In this document: positions 1 to 9,023 of the stretch, piece by piece
Layout of the letters: each line of letters starts with the position of its first letter
Numbering within the stretch: position 1 is the first letter of the stretch
IMG/VR virus record: IMGVR_UViG_3300025767_001290
Coordinates: 9,285 to 73,284 of that record
Length of the DNA stretch: 64,000 nucleotides
DNA from: a virus
Strand: one strand, 5' to 3'
Made by a program: the position numbers and the translations under genes
Notes under the pieces: generated by a model
Told to the model about the DNA's origin: nothing
Seen by the model: the letters and a program-made list of their open reading frames with translations, nothing else
Databases searched by the model: none

Positions 1-596
1 TCAACACTTTCTTTTGACAAAATTACATTTGCAACAACAAAGTAGAATGGGTAGTCATTAGTATTAAACAATGTATGCATTTTTGCAGTATCAATAAAAT
101 ACATAACTCCGTTTTTAAATTCCATCTTTTTATCTTCTAATAGAAAAAAGTTTTGATCGCTTTCGTAGTTTAATGGTAAAAATAATCTAAATGAATCTAT
201 ATTAGAGTGCTTGTTGTCTCTGTGCGGAGGAAAGAACGCTCCTCGATTTAATCTAATAACATGTGTTCTGCCTAGGTGCGCTTCTAACGGATCTAACCAT
301 TGTTTAAAATATTCGTAGACTGGTGTTTTAATAGTAAAGTGTGTTTCGTTTAATACTATACCCGTTTCTTTATAGTATTCATACAAACTATCCAAGTCAG
401 GCTTACCAGATAACCCGCCATCTAAACTTGTAATACTAAGGCCTTCTCTATTAATATTTTTTCTCGGATTGTACTGAACCCATGTAAAGTTATCTCTAAC
501 ATCTTCGATTAAAGAGCCCACTTGGTTTTCTAAGCGTAATGGATAATAGTCACCAAATCTTGTTAACGTTGAATATAATGTAGAGTTATTATACAC
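1..596 (-). CDS. 2OG-Fe(II) oxygenase, aspartyl/asparaginyl beta-hydroxylase-like (3' end truncated by window edge; absent from ORF track)
   Basis: Manual translation from GTG at 596 (AAGGA SD upstream): MYNNSTLYSTLTRFGDYY...GRTHVIRLNRGAFFPPHRD...FRLFLPL...GVMYFIDTAKMHTLFN. HxD...H facial triad; frame stays open to position 1. Confidence 0.75.
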   Translation of the reverse strand, partial: MYNNSTLYSTLTRFGDYYPLRLENQVGSLIEDVRDNFTWVQYNPRKNINREGLSITSLDGGLSGKPDLDSLYEYYKETGIVLNETHFTIKTPVYEYFKQWLDPLEAHLGRTHVIRLNRGAFFPPHRDNKHSNIDSFRLFLPLNYESDQNFFLLEDKKMEFKNGVMYFIDTAKMHTLFNTNDYPFYFVVANVILSKESV

Positions 597-640
597 TATG
601 GTTCCTTTATAATTGACACTACTCTGTGCTGTGTTACAGT

Positions 641-646
641 TATTTA
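641..646 (-). promoter_or_regulatory. Putative phage late promoter box (CTAAATA) for the oxygenase gene
   Basis: TAAATA about 45 nt upstream of GTG 596; same core as boxes before the structural genes. Confidence 0.4.
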
Positions 647-693
647 GTGTTAGATAACGTGCCTCAATATCAATCCGAAAGTAATAGATTATC

Positions 694-750
694 TATAAAT
701 ATATTAAATTGGAAAGAATTATGTATACAATAAGTAGTGGTTTATAAATA
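694..750 (+). promoter_or_regulatory. Two T4-type late promoter boxes TATAAATA (694-701, 743-750)
   Basis: Exact matches to the T4 gp55 late consensus; the second lies 7 nt before ATG 758. Confidence 0.6.
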
Positions 751-757
751 TTACATA

Positions 758-1627
758 ATGATCAATATTGTAGTTACAAGCAAACCAGTAGACGGGTTAT
801 TATATTACAGCTATGAACACTGTGATATGCTAAACAATGCTGGTTACCCTGCACAAGTTGTTATTATTTGTCACAGAAAATATAATCAGCGTGACTATGT
901 AAATTCTATCACACGTAAATACATTCATTGTAATCGTGTTTGGTTTCCAGATACATATGTGCCGTCTGACGATGATGTTACACTTATTATGGGCAGAAGT
1001 ATGATGACACTAAGCTGGCAAAGTTTTAATGATTATACCCTAGTGCAACAACTATCCTTACAGAGATTATTTAGCGGTAACGTTATAAGCGTATATTCAG
1101 AGAATCATGTTGAGGGATATCCTAAAGCAGTTGACTTTTATAAACCAAAACAAATAGTAGACTTGTGTGACACTGACGTATACCCTAATGGTGTAGGCAC
1201 ACACTTTGAAAAGACTATTAATTTTAGTATATACAAGCCTTACAAAGATAACATACAATTTAAGCATTTGTTTTTAGGTACTAACGACAAGTATTATGCA
1301 AGTGTTGAAAAAGTTATTGATGATTATCCTGATCACGGGATCTTAACATATGACGAAAATTATATTAATATAAAGAATAACAATATATTCGTACCTGTAG
1401 AAAACTTAATGAGCATGTTTGAAACATATGTATATACAAAAGAAACATTTGACCCTGCTCCTCGCATATTTCAAGAGTGCAAGTATTATGGCAAGGATGT
1501 AATTTATGAAAGGCGAGATCCAGGATTAGACGGCGGCACCATATATTGGCAACGAGATATTAAAGAACCTAATATACAGCCAATCGTAGATGCTATAAAA
1601 TCATTAACCTATAAATATAATGAATAA
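758..1627 (+). CDS. Putative GT-B-fold glycosyltransferase-like protein
   Basis: ORF track gives 737; ATG 758 preferred. C-terminal TYVYTKETFDPAPRIFQECKYYGKDVI resembles the GT4-type ExFxxxxxEAxxxGxPVI donor-binding motif. Confidence 0.45.
   Translation: MINIVVTSKPVDGLLYYSYEHCDMLNNAGYPAQVVIICHRKYNQRDYVNSITRKYIHCNRVWFPDTYVPSDDDVTLIMGRSMMTLSWQSFNDYTLVQQLSLQRLFSGNVISVYSENHVEGYPKAVDFYKPKQIVDLCDTDVYPNGVGTHFEKTINFSIYKPYKDNIQFKHLFLGTNDKYYASVEKVIDDYPDHGILTYDENYINIKNNNIFVPVENLMSMFETYVYTKETFDPAPRIFQECKYYGKDVIYERRDPGLDGGTIYWQRDIKEPNIQPIVDAIKSLTYKYNE
1610..1617 (+). promoter_or_regulatory. T4-type late promoter box TATAAATA
   Basis: Exact consensus, followed by a TAAGGA SD and ATG 1637. Confidence 0.55.
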
Positions 1628-1636
1628 GGACAGATC

Positions 1637-1990
1637 ATGAAAATAAGAGCCAAATGTTTAGCGTTTGATAGCAAGGACAAAAAAGGTGCAGCCTACACAT
1701 CAGACGGTTATATGTTGCCTTGTTGTTGGTTGGACGATCCGCCGGTGCATAGATACGTTATGGAATCAGGATTAAAAGATCCTAAACTAGCAGTAGAAAA
1801 CAATATTAGTTTAGAAGAAATATTTGGATCAGATGCATGGGAAAACTTTTTCCAAAAATTAGTAAACGATCCAGATAATTGTTCTTACATGTGTAAAAAG
1901 AAATGTGGTATAGAGCTTACAGAACACGACACTGAGGTACGCAAAGCTGAAGAAAAATTAGAAGTAGTGAGGCAGGCCGGTGGAAAGTAG
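1637..1990 (+). CDS. Stand-alone SPASM/twitch-like Fe-S domain protein
   Basis: KC...AYTSDGYMLPCCW...SLEEIFGS...CSYMCKKKC matches the SPASM pattern C-x-DG-x-PCC...C-xxx-C. Confidence 0.7.
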   Translation: MKIRAKCLAFDSKDKKGAAYTSDGYMLPCCWLDDPPVHRYVMESGLKDPKLAVENNISLEEIFGSDAWENFFQKLVNDPDNCSYMCKKKCGIELTEHDTEVRKAEEKLEVVRQAGGK

Positions 1991-2711
1991 ACTTACTGAT
2001 TTATATATTGAAAAACAAAAGTATGTAAGGCCTAATATAGATGCATCACATAGATGTGTCTTTAGATGTCCTCAATGTATTAGACAAAAAGTCACAAGCC
2101 AAGAGCAAATTAAACGTTCGTTTGACCTACAAGAACACAACTTTAAAAAAATAATAGATTATTACGAATACGGCGTTACATTTTGTGGACAAATAAGTGA
2201 TCCCATTTATCACCCCAAGTTTTTAAATTTGTTAAAAATGTGTGATGAACATAAAACAAAAGTTCGTATTGCAACAGTTGGCAGCGGCAAAAGTGATACC
2301 TGGTGGGATGAAGCATATAGTTATAACGTAGGAACAAGTGCTTGGTATTTCGGCGTTGATGGTATTGATAAAAAGAGTGAGTTATATCGTATTGGCTCAG
2401 ACTTTGATGATGTATGGAAACGTATGAAACAAGGTAGAGATCTAGGACATGTAATTGTATGGCAGTATATCATATTTGGGTACAACGAACACGAAATTGA
2501 TCGTGCAATTGAAATAGCTAAAGAAGAAAACTTCTCAATTGTATTCATTAATACAAATAGAGGGTTTAATCCAAACAGTCCTTTATTAAGAAATAATGTA
2601 GATTTTAAACTAACAACACCTAACGAAGCATATAGAGAAGACCGTTTAAAGAAAGAATGGTGGGGCAATGCAACAGATATTTTCCAAAACTGGCGGAGAA
2701 ATAATGTCTAG
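1980..2711 (+). CDS. Radical SAM protein (core only, no SPASM)
   Basis: CVFRCPQC (CxxxCxxC), FCGQISDP in place of GGEP, FGVDG, YRIG; GTG start with a GAGG SD. Confidence 0.85.
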   Translation: MESRLTDLYIEKQKYVRPNIDASHRCVFRCPQCIRQKVTSQEQIKRSFDLQEHNFKKIIDYYEYGVTFCGQISDPIYHPKFLNLLKMCDEHKTKVRIATVGSGKSDTWWDEAYSYNVGTSAWYFGVDGIDKKSELYRIGSDFDDVWKRMKQGRDLGHVIVWQYIIFGYNEHEIDRAIEIAKEENFSIVFINTNRGFNPNSPLLRNNVDFKLTTPNEAYREDRLKKEWWGNATDIFQNWRRNNV

Positions 2712-2723
2712 GACCGAGAATAA

Positions 2724-3962
2724 ATGAACCGTAAATCATTAGTAAATAAAATAAAAGACGACTCTATTTGGTTTTGTCCTAGACTGTTTGATCACATATA
2801 TACTAATCCCGATGGCGATTATAAAGTATGCTGCATTGGCAACAGTACTAATCTTAATATAACAACAACTACACCTAAAGAATGGTTAAATTCTGACTTG
2901 TTAACTGCTGCAAGAATTGAAATGCTAGACGAAACAGATGCTAGCACTCCTGTTTTAAACAGTCAATGCCGGCGTTGTATGGAACAAGAAGCAAATTACG
3001 GAGAATCTGACAGACAGCATCATAATATGAGATTGTTAGAAGCTGTTGACAATGACCAAGACTTTTCGTGTATAGATCAAGTACTTTCGTTTGATCCTAC
3101 ACAGGAATATACAATTACAGAAAGATGCTTATTATTACAAGCAAGAGTGTTTGGAAATCAATGTAATCTTGATTGTTATATGTGTCAACCGGGTGCATCG
3201 TCTACTAGACAACTAATGTTTAAAAAACTTGATAGTAGAAAGTATATAAAAACATTTGATATAGATTATCCTGATAATATAAAATCTTCTAAAAGCAGCG
3301 GCATAGATGAACTAGTTAAATTAGCACCTTATATACGCTGTTTTTTTCTACAAGGCGGCGAGCCGTTTGTAATGAAAAAACAGTTTGATTTTCTTGACAG
3401 GCTAATTGAAAGCGGCCACTCAAAAAATATTGTTCTTGAAATGAATAGTAATTTAACAGTACTAGGAACTACCAAGTATAATATTTTAGACTATGTTGAT
3501 AAATTTAAACAATTAAATATTAGTGCTTCACTTGACGGATTTGGAAAATATAATGATTATATTCGTCGAAGATCGGATTGGGATACTATTGTTAATAACC
3601 TAAACACTCTTAGAAGTTATAGAAATGTTAATATGGGTGTGTTTTCAACAGTGTCATTATTAAGTGTGTTAAGATATAACGAACTACAAGAATTTTGTGA
3701 TAGAGAAAATTTAGAATATTTCTGTTTTGTAGTTGACGATCCTGATGAGTTGCATGTTAAGCACTTACCTAAAAAACTTAAAAAGAAGTTACGCAAGAAG
3801 TATTGCGATCACCCAGTTATTGTTAACGCACTTGCAATGAAGGGCGTTAACAAATCGTTTATAGCAGCTATAAATTATATTAAACAATCAGATGAATATT
3901 ATAAAACAGATATTTTTGAATTATATCCAGAACTAGAGAGTTATTACAATGCCAGCATATGA
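2724..3962 (+). CDS. Radical SAM protein with N-terminal SPASM/twitch domain
   Basis: N-terminal CPRLF...DGDYKVCC...CRRC; core CNLDCYMC, GGEPF, SASLDG, YIR. Confidence 0.9.
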   Translation: MNRKSLVNKIKDDSIWFCPRLFDHIYTNPDGDYKVCCIGNSTNLNITTTTPKEWLNSDLLTAARIEMLDETDASTPVLNSQCRRCMEQEANYGESDRQHHNMRLLEAVDNDQDFSCIDQVLSFDPTQEYTITERCLLLQARVFGNQCNLDCYMCQPGASSTRQLMFKKLDSRKYIKTFDIDYPDNIKSSKSSGIDELVKLAPYIRCFFLQGGEPFVMKKQFDFLDRLIESGHSKNIVLEMNSNLTVLGTTKYNILDYVDKFKQLNISASLDGFGKYNDYIRRRSDWDTIVNNLNTLRSYRNVNMGVFSTVSLLSVLRYNELQEFCDRENLEYFCFVVDDPDELHVKHLPKKLKKKLRKKYCDHPVIVNALAMKGVNKSFIAAINYIKQSDEYYKTDIFELYPELESYYNASI

Positions 3963-5022
3963 TGGATGGGACCGTGAGTACCAAGAAAACAAACAAGACT
4001 ACTTAGATGTATTTGACCGTTTTATGAGTCAAATGAATTACGAAAATAATGAAGACTTTGAACGTAGCTTTGCTGAACGTGTAGGACGTAAACATTGTGT
4101 TAGTGTAGCAAGTGCCACAGACGCACTACATTTTACATTATTAGCACACGGTATAGGTGCCGGCGACGAAGTATTAGTAACTGACTTTAGTTGGATTAGT
4201 AGTAGTGCATGTGCAAGTATGGTAGGTGCTACTCCTGTATTTTGTGATATTGATTTAGATTCATACCACATTAGCTTAGATAGCATCAAACGTATGTACA
4301 GTGATAAAGTTAAAGCAATTATATATCCGCACTTGTTTGGCAACATGACCGACACTACAGAAATACAACAGTTTTGCAAAGATAACGATATACTGTTTAT
4401 TGAAGATGCTGCGCAAAGTTTGGGCAGTAGCTTGCACAATGTACATGCAGGCACTATTGGTGATTGCAGTGTATATAGTTTTAACAGCAACAAAGTCATC
4501 GCTGGCATTAACGGCGGGGGAGTTGTACTAACTGATAACGAAGACATTGCCAACCGTGTTAAGATGATTAGACGTCACGGTAAAGATAAAGACTTTAGTA
4601 TGATGGGTTACAATAGCCGCATGTATGTTCTCAACGCAGAGATTATTAATCTACGCTTGCGACACGCAGACCGTAATCAAGAACGTAGACAGCAAATTGC
4701 ACATGAATACAACACAGCATTTGCAGACTTACCTGTAGTAACACAAGGAATGTCTAATGGACTTAACCATAATTACCATAAGTATGTAGTACGATTTAAG
4801 GATAAAGACACTAGAAAACGTGTTAAGAACGCTTTAAATGCTAGTATACACTACGAAACTCCATTAAGTGCAAACAGTATGTATGACAGTGTTGACAGCA
4901 GGAGAGACGCTTGTACAGCTTCTACAACAGCTTCTAGCACTGTTTTATCGTTACCTATACACGCATGGTTGACCGAAGATGAAATTAAAAATATTATAGA
5001 AATTGTACAACATAAAATATAA
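3949..5022 (+). CDS. DegT/DnrJ/EryC1/StrS PLP-dependent sugar aminotransferase
   Basis: SATDAL, GAGDEV, GATPVFCD, HLFG, IEDAAQS, SFNSNK (PLP lysine), GYNSRM, LSLPIH. Confidence 0.95.
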   Translation: MPAYDGWDREYQENKQDYLDVFDRFMSQMNYENNEDFERSFAERVGRKHCVSVASATDALHFTLLAHGIGAGDEVLVTDFSWISSSACASMVGATPVFCDIDLDSYHISLDSIKRMYSDKVKAIIYPHLFGNMTDTTEIQQFCKDNDILFIEDAAQSLGSSLHNVHAGTIGDCSVYSFNSNKVIAGINGGGVVLTDNEDIANRVKMIRRHGKDKDFSMMGYNSRMYVLNAEIINLRLRHADRNQERRQQIAHEYNTAFADLPVVTQGMSNGLNHNYHKYVVRFKDKDTRKRVKNALNASIHYETPLSANSMYDSVDSRRDACTASTTASSTVLSLPIHAWLTEDEIKNIIEIVQHKI

Positions 5023-5076
5023 AAACAATTTTTAATACCATAAACTCAATAAGCAAGGCTATTGTTGATACAGTAG

Positions 5077-5084
5077 TATAAGTA
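5077..5084 (+). promoter_or_regulatory. Late promoter variant TATAAGTA
   Basis: One mismatch from TATAAATA in an 88-nt intergenic gap, upstream of an AGGAG SD and ATG 5111. Confidence 0.4.
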
Positions 5085-5110
5085 TAATTAAACACTATTA
5101 GGAGAAAAAT

Positions 5111-5920
5111 ATGAAATTAACTTACAGTGAGCAAACTATAGATTTTTTTAGTTTCGACTTACCAGAAACTATAGTAATTTCGCTATCTGGAGGAGCTGAT
5201 TCAGCATCAGCTATGTACCTTACAGCTAAACATTTTCCTGAAATAGAGATTGTTCCCTTTTGTTGTAGAGATATAAATGCTCCAAAAGATGCAGATGCAG
5301 CCGAGCTAATTGTTAAGTGGATAAAAACAGAATTTCCCAATAATAAAATTCGAGATCTAAAAACAGTTAACTTTGATGATAAAAGTGAATCAATAGTGTC
5401 TTGGGAAGAATGCGATAAAGCCATAGCAAATCCTAGATTTAACTATAAAAATTTAAATAGAGTCCAAATGTCAAAAATAATACAAATAGACAGGATAGCA
5501 AGATCTGTAATGAAAGAAAATCCGGGTGCTATTAGACTAGACGGTATGACTCGAAATCCTCCAGAAGAAGAAATGTTAGAATTAGGATTTTGGGATAAAG
5601 CAGAAAGAAGAAGAGATAAATCTGTTCCAAAAATACAAGAGCTTAGGACCGTAAAAACTAGCTGTGAAGCTGCTGGGGTTCCAATATTACCTGCAGGACA
5701 TTCGGATTACTTGAATAATATATATCAAGTATACATAAATGTAGATAAAAAATTTGTTGCAGGTGTATATCAAGAAAATAATTTAATGGAGTCGTTGTTT
5801 CCAATAACACGGTCATGTGTTGGTACTGCTAGGGGAACAGATAATTTTACTAGGGATTGCCATCAATGCTTTTGGTGTCATGAAAGAAAATGGGCATTTA
5901 ACTTAGAATGGAATGATTAA
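5111..5920 (+). CDS. QueC-like PP-loop ATPase (adenylating enzyme) with C-terminal 4-Cys metal site
   Basis: SLSGGADS PP-loop; C-terminal TRSC-x13-CHQCFWCHER resembles the QueC Zn site. Confidence 0.75.
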   Translation: MKLTYSEQTIDFFSFDLPETIVISLSGGADSASAMYLTAKHFPEIEIVPFCCRDINAPKDADAAELIVKWIKTEFPNNKIRDLKTVNFDDKSESIVSWEECDKAIANPRFNYKNLNRVQMSKIIQIDRIARSVMKENPGAIRLDGMTRNPPEEEMLELGFWDKAERRRDKSVPKIQELRTVKTSCEAAGVPILPAGHSDYLNNIYQVYINVDKKFVAGVYQENNLMESLFPITRSCVGTARGTDNFTRDCHQCFWCHERKWAFNLEWND

Positions 5921-5925
5921 ATATT

Positions 5926-7422
5926 ATGAGTGATGATAAACAAACACCCAACTTACCTGAATATTTAACAAAAGGCGGTCCTGGAGATCGATCTGCACCG
6001 GGCTTTGTGAATACCGAAGCATGGTGGCAAAAGTTAGATGATGAAGGTAAAGAAGTTGCTGCAAAAGAAGGATCTATTGTTCAGCAGGCAAAAAACAAAG
6101 ATATTTACTTTTGTACTATTCCGTTTACACAGATATATTCAGAATTAGACGGCCAATATCAGGCATGTTGTTTTGGCGAACCGTCTGGCGTTAGCGTAGA
6201 AGAAGTTCCTTTAAAGGAATGGATGGAAAATAGTGACTATATGAACGACCTACGTAGAGAAATGACTACAGTAGGTTCTGATCTTAAGGCTGTAGACAAA
6301 TGGTGTCAACGTTGCAGGGGCGACGAAGCACGATATGGTAGATCAAGAAGAACAAATTGTATGAAAATACATACTAATGATCCCAATTTTTGGAATAAAA
6401 TTGAAAAACAAGCAACAAAATTTAGAGATACAGGCGAATTTACTCTTAAAGGTGCAGGGCGCATATTTGAAGTTCAATTAAAAATATACGGCTCTGAATG
6501 TAATCTAGATTGCTACATGTGTCTGCATGATAATTCAACTACACGCATGCAAGTTGCAAAGAAAGGTGTATGGAATACTAAAGTATTTGGCGAACAGTCT
6601 CCAGAAAGAGATGCCCGTAACGCACAAGTAATGAAGGATAAAACTGAAGGAGTAACCGAGCAAATTGTTGCTATTGCACAATATATTAAAAGCATAAAAA
6701 TTATCGGCGGCGAACCTTTAATTATGAAAAAACATTATGAAATGTTAGATAAACTGATCGAAACCGGGCATTCTAAACATATTAGAATCAAGTATCAGAC
6801 TAATTTAACTAAAACTAAGGCAGGTAAGCATAATATATTTAATTATATTCCACACTTTGATCGTGTTACTGTAGTTGCTTCAGTTGATGGTATAGGTAAA
6901 ACTATTGAATACATGAGAAGACGAACTGACTGGCAAGAAGTAGTTGATAATATTGATTTAGTTAAAAAGCATCCGAATGTAGTTGTAGACTTTAATGGTT
7001 TAGTATCATTTCTTAGTGTTATGAGATTTTATGAAATTATAGACTGGTGTAAGGAAAATCCTGTTATTAACCAATTAAACTGGGCGTTTGTTGAACATCC
7101 TAGACATTTACGTGCTAATAATTTGCCAGAAAAAATTAAACAAGCATTGATTCCTAAATACAAAGATTGGCCTGATATCATTGCAGCTTTAGAAATGCCA
7201 AATGACTCCGATGTAGATATTCAAAATATTTTTGACTATTTGCTAAGGGCAGATGAATTTTATAAAGGCACTAAATGGGAAATGAATTTATTTGAGGTAT
7301 TTCCAGAACTAGAAGAATTTTATATAAAGAAAGAAATTACTTCTGAACAAGAAGAGTTGTTTAAATCATGGGATAAACAAGTAAAGAAACAAGAAGAAAT
7401 AATAGATCAAAGTATAATCTAG
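5926..7422 (+). CDS. Radical SAM protein with N-terminal SPASM/twitch domain (paralog of 2724..3962)
   Basis: CTIPF...DGQYQACC...CQRC; CNLDCYMC identical to the paralog; GGEPL, ASVDG, YMR. Confidence 0.9.
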   Translation: MSDDKQTPNLPEYLTKGGPGDRSAPGFVNTEAWWQKLDDEGKEVAAKEGSIVQQAKNKDIYFCTIPFTQIYSELDGQYQACCFGEPSGVSVEEVPLKEWMENSDYMNDLRREMTTVGSDLKAVDKWCQRCRGDEARYGRSRRTNCMKIHTNDPNFWNKIEKQATKFRDTGEFTLKGAGRIFEVQLKIYGSECNLDCYMCLHDNSTTRMQVAKKGVWNTKVFGEQSPERDARNAQVMKDKTEGVTEQIVAIAQYIKSIKIIGGEPLIMKKHYEMLDKLIETGHSKHIRIKYQTNLTKTKAGKHNIFNYIPHFDRVTVVASVDGIGKTIEYMRRRTDWQEVVDNIDLVKKHPNVVVDFNGLVSFLSVMRFYEIIDWCKENPVINQLNWAFVEHPRHLRANNLPEKIKQALIPKYKDWPDIIAALEMPNDSDVDIQNIFDYLLRADEFYKGTKWEMNLFEVFPELEEFYIKKEITSEQEELFKSWDKQVKKQEEIIDQSII

Positions 7423-7424
7423 TA

Positions 7425-7453
7425 TTGACAACTATATTAATTGGTAGTATAAT
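7425..7453 (+). promoter_or_regulatory. Perfect sigma70 promoter TTGACA-N17-TATAAT, probably giving a leaderless mRNA
   Basis: TTGACA 7425-7430, TATAAT 7448-7453; ATG at 7460 falls at the expected start site and no SD is present. Confidence 0.8.
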
Positions 7454-7459
7454 ATTATT

Positions 7460-8173
7460 ATGAAAGATAAAATTAAAAATGCTATAGACAACTCTCAGCG
7501 AGCACAGCGTAATTATGACCTAAGTTGTACAGTATCTAAAAGTGATTTAGAGACGTTAATTTATGTTGCAAAAAATTCTCCTTCAAAACAAAACGAAATA
7601 CACTATAAGATAAAAGTGTATACTGATCAATCTGTCATTAGACAGATATACAACTGTACTAAATTATTTTCTCTTCCTAGTAGTAAACCGATAGCGGAAG
7701 TTAAAGATGGAAAAATATGGCAAGACGAAAATACGTCTGTTCATAACTCTCAAATATTAGCAAATGTATTATTTGTCTACGAGGACGACGAAGGACCTGC
7801 AAGGGGCGGATCACATAAATTAGCACAACAGAACCCCGAAGAACAAATGTTAAATGCTTTTTATATAGAAAATAAAGCATATTCTGTAGGTGTATCAGTA
7901 GGCCAACTTATCTTATCTGCTAATCTTTTAGGATATAAAACAGGAGTATGTTCTGCTTTTCATCAAGATAAAGTTGCAGAAATAATTAAAAGCGATAAAG
8001 TACCTAAATTGTTAGTTGGTATAGGATACGAAAATGTCGGAGTTAATAGGCGGTGGCACGCCGAAACATTAAATAAAGATGTTCTAGAAATAGCCCGTAC
8101 CGGTGAGTTAGACGAACCTTGGCAATTTCCTAGCTTTGAAAAACATACAAAGGTGACTATTAATGGCAATTAA
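7460..8173 (+). CDS. Nitroreductase-family flavoprotein
   Basis: QRAQRNYD...AKNSPSKQN...VGQLILSANLLGYKTGVCSAF...LVGIGY, the usual FMN nitroreductase motifs. Confidence 0.8.
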   Translation: MKDKIKNAIDNSQRAQRNYDLSCTVSKSDLETLIYVAKNSPSKQNEIHYKIKVYTDQSVIRQIYNCTKLFSLPSSKPIAEVKDGKIWQDENTSVHNSQILANVLFVYEDDEGPARGGSHKLAQQNPEEQMLNAFYIENKAYSVGVSVGQLILSANLLGYKTGVCSAFHQDKVAEIIKSDKVPKLLVGIGYENVGVNRRWHAETLNKDVLEIARTGELDEPWQFPSFEKHTKVTINGN

Positions 8174-9023
8174 AATGTTAGCAGATCTAAAAGGTTCAGA
8201 ATACAGAACTGTAGACTTTTACATGACCAAGAGTTGCAATAAAAGTTGTCACTACTGTACGGCGTGGACGCTAGAAATGCGCAATCTTGATGTTGATATG
8301 GATTTCGTAAGAACTATCCTAGACGGTCTTTCTCCGTATAAGACACGCATTTGTTTACTAGGCGGTGAACCTGCTCTTATTAAAAATCTACGAGAAATTA
8401 TTGCTGAAATTAAAAAGCATCCTAATCTTGTAATTCAAGTATTATCTAATTCACTAATACGTAAATTTTATCCAGAGGTATTAGAAGATCCAGAAATTAT
8501 CTACATCGAACATTTAGTATTAGACTTTTATGAAGATCGAATTGAAAAACTAGGCAACTATGATTTCTTTGAACCTAATGATTTAAACAATTACAATTTG
8601 ATTATTGAAACACCGGGTTACTTTAATTACAGAGACAAACACGATTTAGCATATTTAAAACATAAGAACACAGAGTTTAAGGAATACAATTCACGTTCGC
8701 CAAGCTTTTTTGAAGATCATACACCTGTCCAAGCACCAGAAATGGATCGAAGAGTATGTGCTAAATTTCCGCTAGTACCTGTGTTCGACTTTGAAATACA
8801 AAAAATAAGACATTGTAGTCGTAAAGCAATTAATGGGTCAAGGCAATTTGACGTTACTAAAGAAAACATTGACAAGATGATGAATTATAAATTGTTCGAA
8901 TATGAAAACTATTGCCGAAGTTGTTTAGATATCATTCCAAAGCGCCCTGCCGCACAACGTGAACGTATACTTGATATAATTAAGGATGATCAATTAAACA
9001 AAATATTCACGAGAAACATATGA
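8163..9023 (+). CDS. Compact radical SAM protein with C-terminal twitch-like Cys cluster
   Basis: CNKSCHYC, LGGEP, LSN; C-terminal VCAK...RHCS...YCRSC. Confidence 0.85.
   Translation: MAIKMLADLKGSEYRTVDFYMTKSCNKSCHYCTAWTLEMRNLDVDMDFVRTILDGLSPYKTRICLLGGEPALIKNLREIIAEIKKHPNLVIQVLSNSLIRKFYPEVLEDPEIIYIEHLVLDFYEDRIEKLGNYDFFEPNDLNNYNLIIETPGYFNYRDKHDLAYLKHKNTEFKEYNSRSPSFFEDHTPVQAPEMDRRVCAKFPLVPVFDFEIQKIRHCSRKAINGSRQFDVTKENIDKMMNYKLFEYENYCRSCLDIIPKRPAAQRERILDIIKDDQLNKIFTRNI

Noticed and set aside
1-3. TGA on the minus strand as the oxygenase stop codon
   Set aside because: It is out of frame with the ORF starting at 596, which runs off the window.
613-641. TTGACA at 613 as a sigma70 promoter
   Set aside because: No good -10 element at 17-nt spacing; only TACAGT at 16 nt.
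737-757. GTG 737 as start of the first plus-strand gene
   Set aside because: No SD, and the extension contains a TATAAATA box; ATG 758 fits better.
1970-1990. Programmed frameshift fusing the SPASM ORF to the rSAM ORF
   Set aside because: No slippery heptamer in the overlap, and the second ORF has its own GAGG SD and GTG start.
5111-9023. 7-deazaguanine DNA-modification pathway (QueC plus QueE-like rSAM)
   Set aside because: No FolE, QueD or DpdA in the window, and the rSAMs carry SPASM/twitch-type Cys clusters unlike QueE. It cannot be excluded genome-wide.
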